A stretch of DNA of 63,848 bases, the filler included, from Octopus bimaculoides (Eukaryota), in NCBI RefSeq assembly GCF_001194135.2. It is 5 parts of 5 records of this genome, joined end to end, with 100 filler letters (N's around TTAATTAATTAA, not from the genome) between each part and the next. Parts side by side here need not be neighbours in the genome. Positions count along the whole stretch, not along the records: positions 1 to 21,009 come from NC_068991.1; positions 21,110 to 27,589 come from NC_068996.1; 3 more parts are not named here. One strand, given 5' to 3'. The notes below the pieces were generated by a model. That model made no database searches, was not told the DNA's origin, and worked only from the letters and a program-made list of their open reading frames with translations. Below, piece after piece: positions 11,061 through 23,504 of this stretch. Within the stretch, counting starts at the first letter, position 1; every line of letters starts with the position of its first letter. Made by a program: the position numbers and the translations under genes.

Positions 11061-12269
11061 ATTGCCTCCATTACTCATTTTATTAAAATCGGGTATTCTA
11101 CTATTCTCTACTTTTTTTCTATTTTAAGCACAAGGCCCGAAATATAATCCCTTAGTTTATATATAGAAGGATTAGTGTAAAATTTGAATGTTCCATAATT
11201 TAAATATTCCTTTAACTGATACCAGACACCAGTCTTTTATTGATATTAGCTAAATAAGTAAATATATAATTTTTAGTCCAATATACTTTGAATTATTATA
11301 CTTTTTCTATAAATCTTCTCTACTTGTGTTAATAAGCTAAATATACTTTACCATAGGATTAGTTGGTGCCTCAACTTAAGTACCATATTCACCTAAATCT
11401 CTCTCTCTCTCTCTCTCTNNNNNNNNNNNNNNNNNNNNNNNNNNNNNNNNNNNNNNNNNNNNNNNNNNNNNNNNNNNNNNNNNNNNNNNNNNNNNNNNNN
11501 NNNNNNNNNNNNNNNNNNNNNNNNNNNNNNNNNNNNNNNNNNNNNNNNNNNNNNNNNNNNNNNNNNNNNNNNNNNNNNNNNNNNNNNNNNNNNNNNNNNT
11601 TTTTTTTCTTGCATTGCCACAAAACAAGGCTTTTCGTAATTTCCCGTTTCGTGTTCGCAGATATCCTTATTATTTCTTTTAGTTGTTGCTTCGTTGATTT
11701 GTCGCTAATTCGAATCAAATTGAGTCAAAAGAAAGTTGAACATGTTTAATAAAATTCTTTTTTATTCTTTAACCATCTAAAATACGTTGAAAATCAATTT
11801 AGTAAACCTGTTTTACCTTGCAAAACAGGTTTAGGTTATGCAACATTTAAAAATATAAAATAAATCGCGTAGAATTTCTGGATGTGAAGGAAATGTGGTT
11901 ACACCCAAGAAAGTAGAGAAAGAGAGCAGAAAAAAGACAAAAAGAAACCGTCTGCATTTGACGACGAAGACGACGACAAAGCAATAAAAAAAAAAAGCAA
12001 GATCAATCACACCCGACAATCGTCAAACGACAACTGCAACAGCAACAACAGCAGCAGGAATATTGTTATAAGCTACAACACTTTGAAGAGACAGGAAATG
12101 GTGCAAAAACCTCGTTAAACAGGGATCTTAGACAAAAAAACAAACAAACAAACAAACAAAAAAAATGCGTGATGTGGAACGAAGAAATTATATAAAGGGA
12201 AGTGGGGAGGGATGAAAGACAATAATAATGGACCCTCCCATCGAAGACGATGTATGAGCATTCAGCTTC

Positions 12270-12482
12270 TTGCTGACCGGCACAAATGCTTTGTTGATAG
12301 TGTACCATATGTATCGGCGTTGCCTGAAAAGGTGCACGGTGTGTCACGTGTCAAAGTGGCCGCAAAGCAAAGTGAGATGAAGTGCTTTGCTCAAGAACAC
12401 AATGCATCACCAGGTTTAGGAATTGAACTCATGATCACTAGATCGTGAGTACAGCTCCCTAACCACTAGGCCATGCGTCCTC
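12270..12482 (-). mobile_element. Diverged tRNA-derived CORE-type SINE
   Basis: gtgagatgaagtgctttgctcaagaacacaatgc...ccctaaccactaggccatgcg. Colinear with 1930-2150. Confidence 0.6.
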
Positions 12483-12545
12483 ACATGAAAATGACATATT
12501 CTTTTTATTCTTTTACTTGTTTCAGTCATTTGACTGCGGCCATGT

Positions 12546-12665
12546 TTGCTTCCAAATATAGGATCTCCCTATCACGTATTGGTTTTATCAATCATGTCCG
12601 CTCCAATGAGAAGCAATGCACTGGAGATGAAGGAAGATGTCTGTCTTGGATCGACACTGCCATCA
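12546..12665 (+). mobile_element. RTE-clade LINE extreme 3' fragment
   Basis: Translates KYRISLSRIGFINHVRSNEKQ, resembling the C-terminal SRIGLxSHxRxH motif of RTE ORFs. Confidence 0.5.
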
Positions 12666-15639
12666 CCTTTGATTGGCCGTCATAAGCACAAGCAATCAAT
12701 CTTCCAAGTATGTAACAGCTGGGTCTTCTACAATGGATACTGAGCTTCCATCTATAGGACCACCTACAGGACAACATTTCTAATATTGTTTTGTGGTTTA
12801 GCGAGCCCATGAATACTTGAACGTCCACGCGGATATTACTTAACCACATGTCACAAGATGTTACATTTACACTTACCACCAGTCCAGATTGTGACCCGAA
12901 GGTGACTACTAGCCTGGGTGCGACATCGATATCAATGTCCATGACGGTAACCCTTGTGTTTATTCTTCGCAAATACTTCGAAACCAGCTTAGGGGCGGAT
13001 GTATCGCTTACTTTCTAGGCTTGAGTTTTCCCCCGGTCCTCTATTTTAAAAATGGCACTTATGATGCCATATGCACTCGCTCCCTCAATGAATGATATTT
13101 CAGTTAAAAAGCAAAAAAAATCTACAAGAGATATCTGTCTTTTGTTCGTGTTTGAATGGGATCAGAAAGCCTATTACATTTTTCGCATGACAAAGATCCA
13201 CCCTTTTCTTCTCTCACAAGCCTCTTTAATTGATTATGGAAGATTGACTCCGGTTCCATATGCAAAATGTTACTAGCTTTCAATATTCTGAGAAAATGTT
13301 TTATATCAAGAATTTTCCTATTCGACAGAACATGAGTAAAAGATAAGTTATCGTTGTCTCGAAGCGACACATGCTTGCATACTGTTCTTGTTGACAACAT
13401 GATATCTACTCGGTGTAGTTAAAATGTTTGTTTTCTTTGAGTTCGTGTATATTATTTGATATTTTGCGTAGCAGTTAAATTAGCATTCTGTTTTCGTTCG
13501 TTTTCTTTCAGAATTGTATTATTTTGTACATTTTCGGTTTTCGCTTTGTGGGGCGTGGCGCGAAATGTTCGTTGCCATTTTTCTTTTTTTTTTTTGCTAT
13601 TAGTGACGTTCCCAGAGTTAAACACACGCTTTGTTATTTCTTTTGTTAAGCCCCAAACCGACTTATAAAGAACGTCTACTTTGTCAGCAGTCAATGATGA
13701 TGACGACGACGACGACGATAACAATAATAGTAATAACAACTACAAGAACAATTTCTTACAAAAAAAAAACCGTGGGGTTTTATGCAGAATCGACTGCGAA
13801 GAAGAACAAAAAAAAAAAAGAAATAAAAAACGTATGAAAAAAATGCATATAAAAATGTATATAGAATAAGCTATTCTAGTAGGAGGACAACCATCTAGGG
13901 CCGAATTCAACATTACTCAGTACTAAAGTCAAGTGCCCCCTGTCAGTTGTGTCCTAAAGATTTATGCTGAAAATAGTCCTATTCAACCGGTCCAGTATCT
14001 CAGTTCACACCTACCGTTTAACGGATTATCTGGAAGATAGTACAGTCTTCTTTAAGTGAAGTTTAAAAAGTAAGATAGTAAAAAAACGAAAGGAAATGAA
14101 ATAAAGGATTTGCCGAAGAGGAAAGTATTTAGGTTTTTGTTGGTCATTAAATCTCTTTTGCTTTGGCCATTGCTTAGCTTTTCTCGGTCAAAAGAAGGCA
14201 ACGAAGTGACTTTTAGACAAAAGTCCTGAATATAAAAAAAAAGTATCAGTGAAGTTCTTTGTTTCCACCTCCCTCTTCCCTCTCTCCTCTTCTTTCAGTT
14301 CCATTCTCTTTCTTCCNNNNNNNNNNNNNNNNNNNNNNNNNNNNNNNNNNNNNNNNNNNNNNNNNNNNNNNNNNNNNNNNNNNNNNNNNNNNNNNNNNNN
14401 NNNNNNNNNNNNNNNNNNNNNNNNNNNNNNNNNNNNNNNNNNNNNNNNNNNNNNNNNNNNNNNNNNNNNNNNNNNNNNNNNNNNNNNNNNNNNNNNNNNN
14501 NNNNNNNNNNNNNNNNNNNNNNNNNNNNNNNNNNNNNNNNNNNNNNNNNNNNNNNNNNNNNNNNNNNNNNNNNNNNNNNNNNNNNNNNNNNNNNNNNNNN
14601 NNNNNNNNNNNNNNNNNNNNNNNNNNNNNNNNNNNNNNNNNNNNNNNNNNNNNNNNNNNNNNNNNNNNNNNNNNNNNNNNNNNNNNNNNNNNNNNNNNNN
14701 NNNNNNNNNNNNNNNNNNNNNNNNNNNNNNNNNNNNNNNNNNNNNNNNNNNNNNNNNNNNNNNNNNNNNNNNNNNNNNNNNNNNNNNNNNNNNNNNNNNN
14801 NNNNNNNNNNNNNNNNNNNNNNNNNNNNNNNNNNNNNNNNNNNNNNNNNNNNNNNNNNNNNNNNNNNNNNNNNNNNNNNNNNNNNNNNNNNNNNNNNNNN
14901 NNNNNNNNNNNNNNNNNNNNNNNNNNNNNNNNNNNNNNNNNNNNNNNNNNNNNNNNNNNNNNNNNNNNNNNNNNNNNNNNNNNNNNNNNNNNNNNNNNNN
15001 NNNNNNNNNNNNNNNNNNNNNNNNNNNNNNNNNNNNNNNNNNNNNNNNNNNNNNNNNNNNNNNNNNNNNNNNNNNNNNNNNNNNNNNNNNNNNNNNNNNN
15101 NNNNNNNNNNNNNNNNNNNNNNNNNNNNNNNNNNNNNNNNNNNNNNNNNNNNNNNNNNNNNNNNNNNNNNNNNNNNNNNNNCTCCACCTCCGTCGCCTCC
15201 ACCACCGCCGCTGCCACCTCCACTGCCACCAACTACAACGACAACAACTACAACAACAACTACAACTACAACATTTGCATTAATAACAAAAGCAAATCAA
15301 GAAATCAAAGACCGAATGAGACAATATTGAAAATTCTACCCGAAACCCACTTCAAGTATACTTTTAAAAATTCCAAAGTGAATTACTTTAAAAGCCGAAG
15401 GGATTTCGTGACTTCCGTTATTTCATTTTTTTTAGATTCTTAGTTCGTCCATTTTGAAAATTATTTTTCGACTTTTAATATTACTTTCTTTTTCTTTCTC
15501 TCTCCCCAAGAGAGTACTTATCAATCAAAACCAAAAAGGATTCTTGGAGCTTTAATTTGTCTTAGAATTGTACCCAGCTTTCTTTTTCTCCCTCCTCTCT
15601 TTCTCTCTCTCTCTCTCATTCTCTCTGTCGTTTTCTCGC

Positions 15640-15955
15640 TCTCTCATGCAATGTTTCTGTCATTCATTTGTTCACTCACTTATTCGCTCGATCATTCACT
15701 CACTCGATCACTCACTCGCTCACTCACTCACTCACTCACTCACTCACTCACTCACTCATAAACTCGCTCGATCACTGAATCACTCATTCATTCACTCGCT
15801 CGATCACTCACTCATAAACTCGCTCGATCACTGAATCACTCTATCACTCGATCACTCACTCTTCACTCACTCACTGTTCCTCACTCGATCAATCACTCAC
15901 TCACTGGCTCACTCACTCACTGGCTCACTCACTCACTCACTCACTGTTCCTCACT
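15640..15955. repeat. Complex (TCAC)n tandem repeat with higher-order units
   Basis: TCAC background interspersed with tcgatc. ctcataaactcgctcgatcactgaatcactc occurs twice. Confidence 0.9.
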
Positions 15956-16169
15956 ATTTTCCTCTTTCTTCCTGTTACCTCCCTCTTCCCTCTCTCCTCT
16001 TCTTTCAGTTCCATTCTCTTTCTTCCCAATTTCCTCTTCTCTCCCTCTTCCTCTCCCTCATGATCACCTTTCTTACCTCTCTCCCTAATTTTCGTTCCTT
16101 TCATTCTCATGCGCCTGTATCTCCACCTCTCTTTCTTCCCCCTCTCTCTCTCTGTCCCTTTCAGTCTGT

Positions 16170-16432
16170 CTTTCTTCTTCTTCTTCTTCTTCTTCTTCTT
16201 CTTCTTCTTCTTCTTCTTCTTCTTCTTCTTCTTCTTCTTCTTCTTCTTCTTCTTCTTCTTCATCTTCTTCTTCTTCTCCTTCTTCTTCTTCTTCTTCTTC
16301 TTCTTCTTCTTCTTCTCCTTCCTCTTCTTCTTCTTCTTCTTCTTCTTCTTCTTCTTCTTCTTCTTCTCCTTCCTCTTCTTCTTCTTCTTCTTCTTCTTCT
16401 TCTTCTCCTCCTCCTCCTCCTCCTCCTCCTCT
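16170..16432. repeat. (TTC)n/(CTC)n microsatellite
   Basis: Visible. Confidence 0.95.
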
Positions 16433-17106
16433 CACTGTTTNNNNNNNNNNNNNNNNNNNNNNNNNNNNNNNNNNNNNNNNNNNNNNNNNNNNNNNNNNNN
16501 NNNNNNNNNNNNNNNNNNNNNNNNNNNNNNNNNNNNNNNNNNNNNNNNNNNNNNNNNNNNNNNNNNNNNNNNNNNNNNNNNNNNNNNNNNNNNNNNNNNN
16601 NNNNNNNNNNNNNNNNNNNNNNNNNNNNNNNNNNNNNNNNNNNNNNNNNNNNNNNNNNNNNNNNNNNNNNNNNNNNNNNNNNNNNNNNNNNNNNNNNNNN
16701 NNNNNNNNNNNNNNNNNNNNNNNNNNNNNNNNNNNNNNNNNNNNNNNNNNNNNNNNNNNNNNNNNNNNNNNNNNNNNNNNNNNNNNNNNNNNNNNNNNNN
16801 NNNNNNNNNNNNNNNNNNNNNNNNNNNNNNNNNNNNNNNNNNNNNNNNNNNNNNNNNNNNNNNNNNNNNNNNNNNNNNNNNNNNNNNNNNNNNNNNNNNN
16901 NNNNNNNNNNNNNNNNNNNNNNNNNNNNNNNNNNNNNNNNNNNNNNNNNNNNNNNNNNNNNNNNNNNNNNNNNNNNNNNNNNNNNNNNNNNNNNNNNNNN
17001 NNNNNNNNNNNNNNNNNNNNNNNNNNNNNNNNNNNNNNNNNNNNNNNNNNNNNNNNNNNNNNNNNNNNNNNNNNNNNNNNNNNNNNNNNNNNNNNNNNNN
17101 NNNNNN

Positions 17107-17157
17107 AAAGCCTTGTGAGTGGATTTAGTAGACGAAAACTGAAAGAAGCCCGTCGTA

Positions 17158-17204
<47 letters not shown>

Positions 17205-17450
17205 ATATGTATATGTATGTGTGTGTATATGTTTGTGTGTTTGTGTTTGTCCCTCCAACATCGCTTGACAACTGATGGTGGTGTGTTTACATTCCTGTAA
17301 CTTAGTGGTTCGGCAAAAAAGAGACCGATAGAATAAGTACTAGGCTTCCAAAGAATAAGTCCTGGGGTCGATTTGCTCGACTAAAAAGGCGGTGCTCCAG
17401 CATGGCCGCAGTCAAATGACTGAAACAGGTAAAAGAGTAAAAGAGTAAAT
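17107..17450 (+). mobile_element. OK-like SINE (5' lost in gap) with internal (TA)/(TG) microsatellite and complete tail
   Basis: Body to gaaagaagcccgtcg, microsatellite 17155-17245, tail ...ggcggtgctccagcatggccgcagtcaaatgactgaaacaggtaaaagagtaaaagag. Confidence 0.9.
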
Positions 17451-17934
17451 TTAAAACTCAATTTGTGTATATACATTTACATACACGCGCGCGCGCGAGT
17501 TCGTGTAACTGTTTTGCAAGATTCATGATGTGAAATCGTGTGTTGAAACAAATATTCTTATTTTTGAGAATGGTTGTAAACGACCGTGCGAAGTGAAGAT
17601 GACGAGAATGGATCCTTCGCACATCACACAGTCGATACAATAAACGTGAAAAGGATAAATGAGTACAAGTGCCAGAAGGAAAAGAGAGACACAACCGGGG
17701 TAGAATTTTTAAGAGAAGATTTTATTGATAGGTTAACATGTGTGCCTGTGTGTGTGTCATATACAGACTATCCTCATTTAACGACCGAGTTACGTTCCAA
17801 CAGCTCCGTCGTTAAACGAATATTCATAGGGTACGTATTTAAAAATTTTTTTTATTTATAGGTATAGTGTACTGTACGTACATATAAAAACAGAATACGG
17901 TACTGTATAAAGTATATGCAGTACAGGGCCAAGA

Positions 17935-18314
17935 GGAGGCGCAATGGCCCAGTGGTTAGGGCAGCGGACTCGCGGTCATAGGATCGCGGTTTCGATTCCT
18001 AGACCGGGCGTTGTGAATGTTAATTGAGCGAAAACGCCTAAGGCTCCACGAGGTTCCGACAGGGAATGGTGGCTTAACCCTGCTGTACTCTTTCACCACA
18101 GCTTTCTCTCACTCTTTCTTCCTGTTTCTGTTGTGCTTGTAATTCAAAGGGTCAGCCTTGTCACACTGTGTCACGCTGAATATCCCCGAGAACTACGTTA
18201 AGGGTACCCGTGTCTGTGGAGTGCTCAACCACTTGCATGTTAATTTCACGAGCAGGCTGTTCCGTTGATCGGATCAACTGGAACCCTCGACGTCGTAAGC
18301 AACGGAGTGCCAAC
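17935..18314 (+). mobile_element. OR-like SINE, full length (tRNA-Arg-like head)
   Basis: A-box TGGCCCAGTGG and B-box GGTTTCGATTCC, followed by a non-tRNA body and tail. Repeated elsewhere in the window. Confidence 0.9.
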
Positions 18315-19903
18315 AAACAACAGGGCCAAGAATCACTAACATAAATTGTTGAAAAATGAATAACTAACAGTAAGATTATCACAAGGAAAACCGTAAAAGT
18401 TAGGATATGGATACTGTATTATTGTAGCTAAGACATCGTAAGTATGTTTGTGATTGCAGGCCCAATACATAAGATGTCTAATAAACTTTTCTCAGGATTA
18501 TATAGAAAAGGAGATGGATTACATAAATTAAAACGATAGAAGGAAAAGATTGCGTGAAACAAAATAACTTTAACCGCGCCAAAAAACAAAAAAAAAAAAA
18601 CGGATGAAAGACGAAAGGAAAAAGGGAAACGAAGAAGTAAAAAAAAAAAAAAGGTGGTAAAAAGGAAAGAAAGAAAAAAGGTAAGAAATAAAGGCAAAGT
18701 TACTGCGCAAAAAAATTAGTCGGTAAAAGACGTAAAGTTGTAAAGAAGAAAAGAAAGAAAGAAAAGAAAGAAAAGAAAGAAAGAAAAGAAAGAAAAGAAA
18801 GAAAGAAGAAAAGAAAGAAAGAAAAAAGACACGGATGTGAAGAAAGGCGGGAAAATGACAAAATGGAAAAGAAATGAATAAAGAAAAAAAGAAATGAAGA
18901 AGAAAGGAAGTAGTTATATAAATAGATATTTTTCCCGCGCTAAAATGACACAGAAAAACAATTAAAAAAGAAACATTTTAACTGGCGCGTTTTGTTTACT
19001 TTCTCTTTCTCCTCCCTATTTATCTTTCTCTCTCACTGTCACACACTCTCTCTCCCCCTCTTTCCCCCTCTCCCCTCCCCCTCTCTCTCNNNNNNNNNNN
19101 NNNNNNNNNNNNNNNNNNNNNNNNNNNNNNNNNNNNNNNNNNNNNNNNNNNNNNNNNNNNNNNNNNNNNNNNNNNNNNNNNNNNNNNNNNNNNNNNNNNN
19201 NNNNNNNNNNNNNNNNNNNNNNNNNNNNNNNNNNNNNNNNNNNNNNNNNNNNNNNCTCTCTTCATGTACACAAACAAAAAATACACATACAAAACATACA
19301 GTTTGTATAGACATGCGCACTCACGCGCACACATGTATATATTTTTTATTTGTAGTGTTGACCACTCCTCATTGTTCGACTATATATATATAAATAAATA
19401 AACAAAGATATACGCACACACAACACACACACACACACACAGTGTGCGTGTGTGTGTGTGCGTGTGTTTGTGTATGTGTGCATGTCTGTGTGTGTATGTA
19501 GCCCGCCGATGGCTTAGAAGGTCGAACCTTCGAAATCACTGTCAACGATATTCTTGTTTAGGAATTACAAATTTGTACTCTACAAAAATATAGAGTAACT
19601 CATCAGATTCATGTAAGATTGTCTTAACTATAACTAGACATAAAAACAAACATTAACGATATATGTGTGTGTATCCGTGTGTGTGTATATACGCATGTAT
19701 GTATGTGGGTAGGAACCTGATGGTGTACTCAAAGTTTCGCCATAGGAAGGGCTCACAGCAGTCGTGTATAGTTCATCACGGACTGAAATTAGGTCATCAG
19801 TTAACATGTCATGTCATACCACAACAAATGATGTCATTTTTTTTATATATATCAAGTAGCATTTACTATTTTACCATATTTACAATTCTTACAGTACAAC
19901 ATT

Positions 19904-19938
<35 letters not shown>

Positions 19939-20399
19939 CTATTGAAAATGCTTTTAAACATTCCAATAGCAACAAGCGTGTACTTTATTAAAATACAATG
20001 CCTACAGTCATACGCTGTTGACATTCATCCTTATATGTTGCGTAACTATTATTTCGTGTTCAGTTTGTATTGTTGTAGACTACTACATTCTCTTTACAGT
20101 AACACACTTTAGTTCAATATAATATACAGCGCACATGTGTCAAAAATGAAGTATACGTCTCTTGTTGGAAATAACTAAGCTTCTTGCACTAGGATAGCCC
20201 GGTTAAGCGCCATATAGTGATATAATATAAGCGTAGAATTTTCAAAGTATGTTACAGTACAAACCAGTATGTTATAGAGAATGTTAAGGGACTCAAAGGT
20301 GAATAAGACAACCCCACAAACAAGATGAAGATGTTGTTGACTTTAGGTGAACCCCACAGCCTATTTATTTCCGATATACTTACCATCCCCATTATGACT

Positions 20400-21009
20400 G
20401 TCTGAGTGACTGTGGGCATGTCTAAGAGGGCTACTATAAACAGCTGTGGCCCTAAGACAGTTCCCCGAGGGACACCGCTCGAAATTTGAGTTTCCCTAGA
20501 GAGTGCACCATTGGTTGAAATTGTCTGACTTCTATCGTTTAGGAAGTCATGCAGCCACTCTCCTAGTTTACCAGCTATACCAAGGTTTCGCAACTTGTGA
20601 CATATCATGCCATGATCAAGTTTGTCGAAAGCCTTTGCGAAGTCAAGATATAGCACATCGACATTTGAATGGTCGAGCAGCTGCTTCAGGACCCAGTCAC
20701 AATGCCACAGGAGCCGTGTAAGGCAGCTTCTGCCCGGACGGAAGCCATGCTGAGTATCGTTCAGCAAGTCATTTTCTTCTAGGAATGTAACCAGTTTCTT
20801 TCTGACGATTCGCTACATGACTTTGCTGATATGTGAAGTCAGAGAGATGGGTCTTTAGTCTTTGGCCTCTGCTCTACTTCCACCTTTATGGAAAGGGCAT
20901 ATAATGCTTTCTCTTAGCTTTTTGGGAAGTTTACCACTTGCAAGGAGACTCTGGAAGAGTATCCGAAGTGGTCCCGCTAATTCTTGTTTACATGACTTTA
21001 AGAGAATAG
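20400..21009 (-). mobile_element. CR1-clade LINE reverse transcriptase fragment (pseudogenised)
   Basis: ...IICPFHKGGSRAEAKD*RPISLTSHISKVM*RIVRKKL...QHGFRPGRSCLTRLL...YLDFAKAFDKLDH...SGVPRGTVLGPQLF: RT motifs up to the B' region. In-frame stops are present and the YADD motif is absent. Confidence 0.92.
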
Positions 21010-21109
21010 NNNNNNNNNNNNNNNNNNNNNNNNNNNNNNNNNNNNNNNNNNNNTTAATTAATTAANNNNNNNNNNNNNNNNNNNNNNNNNNNNNNNNNNN
21101 NNNNNNNNN

Positions 21110-21340
21110 GGCGCCTTAGGTATAATAAAAATAATATTCAGACAAATGCATAGCAAAAACACCAGGACTTACAAATATATATAACATACAGAAAATTGCA
21201 CTACTGGGCACTGCACACATCCTACGCAAAACACTTTCAATACAGTAACCATAAAAGCATCACAGCAAACCACAGCACATACCCAAGGCACAGAGCTGCG
21301 CTCGGTAGTGAAGTGAAAGCACACTATAAAAATAAAACTA

Positions 21341-21345
<5 letters not shown>
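21110..21345 (+). mobile_element. R4/Dong-type 3' end #4 with (TAA)n tail (21346-21386)
   Basis: ALGIIK...IQKIALLGTAHILRKTLSIQ*, a UTR, then a TAA array. Confidence 0.8.
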
Positions 21346-21386
<41 letters not shown>

Positions 21387-21388
<2 letters not shown>

Positions 21389-21700
21389 CCCTAATCATGA
21401 TACCCTAAAAGTGAGTATAAACGAAGAATGAAAAGGCATAGAAGAATTTAGTGAGAAACCGAATGTACACTACCAAAGCTAGACTTAAGACAGCAAAAAC
21501 AATAAAAAAACCTTAAATTTGGCTATCAAAGACATAATCTAGAGGCAAATATCAATATGATTTGGCTAAATGAAATGATATATGTAACTAATCAAAAAAG
21601 AAAAAGAAAAAGGATATAAGAGGACTACACCAAACCCAGACATACAAATTCCTAGAAATAAAGAACTAGATAGGGTACAGCATACACGAAGGAAAGGAAA
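21387..21700 (+). mobile_element. Possible degraded R4/Dong N-terminal ORF fragment
   Basis: Starts at the end of a TAA array. Contains NINMIWLNEMIYVT, resembling the pre-RT 'N.LIYA.A' region. Many stops. Confidence 0.3.
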
Positions 21701-22612
21701 GACAAGATCCTTTTGGTATACTGCGCTGAAAGCAGAGAGAAGATCCTTTTCGTATACTTCACTGATAGCTGATAGCCAAGTCCCACCTACATATGACAAC
21801 AGTTGCTCCAAATCATTTTACAAGTCAATGGTGCACAGACACAGCGTATCTGAGCAGAAATGTTTCGACTTTCGAATTGCATTTTGGATAGGCCTAACTG
21901 CCGGTACTTCTTGTCTGACAAGTTTAATCCCGTACCATCACTCCTATTTCGTTGTAGTGCAACGATAGAATTTCTTGAAGATGTCCATAGACGATGGGCT
22001 AAATTCTGAGGGAAAGATTGTTCAGTTCATATTCCTACACGCCAACAGTCCTCCAAAGAACGTCATCGATTTTTACCGCCGTTAATCCCTTCAAAATGCT
22101 ATAGTTGAAATACCACCAATAAAATTGTACTGATGGTAAGCAACTGCAGACATCTGAGTACATTCCGTAATAAACTAGTAATTAAGATAGAAAGACCAAC
22201 GGATAACCAAATAGAGAAACACGTAACAAGGGTGCAACATATAAAGTATAGTGAGTTGCAGAACATCGATTGCTCTTGCAAGTGAAAGATAAAGATATCA
22301 TTTAGGGATGTCTAGAAATCTAGAAATAGCAAGTAATTGAAATTACTTCGATGATATCAGCTAATCTTTGGAAAATGAAGACAATATAGTTAAGAGTGTA
22401 TCTGGTCATTAAAGCCAACCATTAGCAGCAATGGAGATGTTTTTGGCTCGTTAGACTTCCTCGGCGAACTGTGTTCATCTCAGTTCGCTAGAGATGACCA
22501 GTTATATGCAGAAACGGGGAAAGTAGTTACACTAATTGCAATAAGGATATCGGAAAATATTTTAGGAAAGTGTTCTTAATATATGGTAGTCTCACAAATG
22601 TAATATAATGAG

Positions 22613-22615
<3 letters not shown>

Positions 22616-22685
<70 letters not shown>

Positions 22686-22690
22686 CACGA

Positions 22691-22744
<54 letters not shown>

Positions 22745-22745
22745 T
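22616..22745. repeat. (ATCT)n + (GA)n compound microsatellite
   Basis: Visible. Confidence 0.95.
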
Positions 22746-23504
22746 TTATCCATAAGTTGATAGGTCTATGCGGTTGTATGACATCAAGTATGTTGATCAC
22801 AAAGCTATGATAAATATACCATGAAATACGTGAAAGTAAGCAGAAATAATGTGACTGGGACAAGGAATATTAATTTTTTGCCTACGTTGCCTGGAGCATG
22901 CTTAATGATATTGCATATAACGACAACCAGCGACATGCAACTGGAACACACAATATGGAACATAGATACGACGGCGAAACGACCAACGATACAACGGCGA
23001 AATGGCAGAACACAGTTATCGACATATATTACACCACTACAGCTTAAGACAACATACTGTAACGATTGTAACATTAGGAAACAAAGAAAGGCAGGAACAA
23101 CTCAGCATAAATCCATATACATACAAATAGAAATACAAAGCGCCCAACTCATCTAAACACATCACCGAATAACAACAATGCATGATAAAAACCCAACATA
23201 TTTCCTTTCATTAATGTAACAATTTTTTTTATCATTCCCATATCATGCCACTTCCCTTCGCCTTACTGTTTTCCCTTCAAGCAGAATACTTAATTTTTCT
23301 TTTGTTTACTTTTTTATTTTTTGACGTGGTGGGGGAAGTAAAATTGTTTATTGTCCAATGTAAAACATTAGGGTTCGAATCCATATAATGCTTAGTGTGT
23401 TGTTGTTATCAAAAGGATATATTCTCTCACAATTTATATTAATCTCTTCTGGAATCTCTTCTGTTCAGCTTCTACTTTTTAAAATTTTAAAACTAAGCGA
23501 AAAA

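Noticed and set aside
1240-12990. Shared 19/21-nt match (aaatac.t.gaaaccagctta) at ~1245-1265 and ~12971-12991
   Set aside because: A rough estimate shows matches of this quality are expected by chance among all position pairs in AT-rich sequence of this size.
14267-16026. Identical ~50-bp pyrimidine tract at 14267-14316 and 15977-16026
   Set aside because: The first copy ends at a gap edge and is low-complexity. Probably a misplaced read or contig end.
17935-18010. tRNA-like sequences with A/B boxes (also 55590, 60500-60576, 61230, 7698)
   Set aside because: They continue directly into multi-copy SINE bodies and lack a proper acceptor stem. They are SINE heads, not tRNA genes.
21054-21065. 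TTAATTAATTAA islands inside N-runs (also 27634-27645, 50522-50533, 56442-56453)
   Set aside because: The same 12-mer is centred in ~100-bp gaps each time. This is an assembly spacer, not biological sequence.
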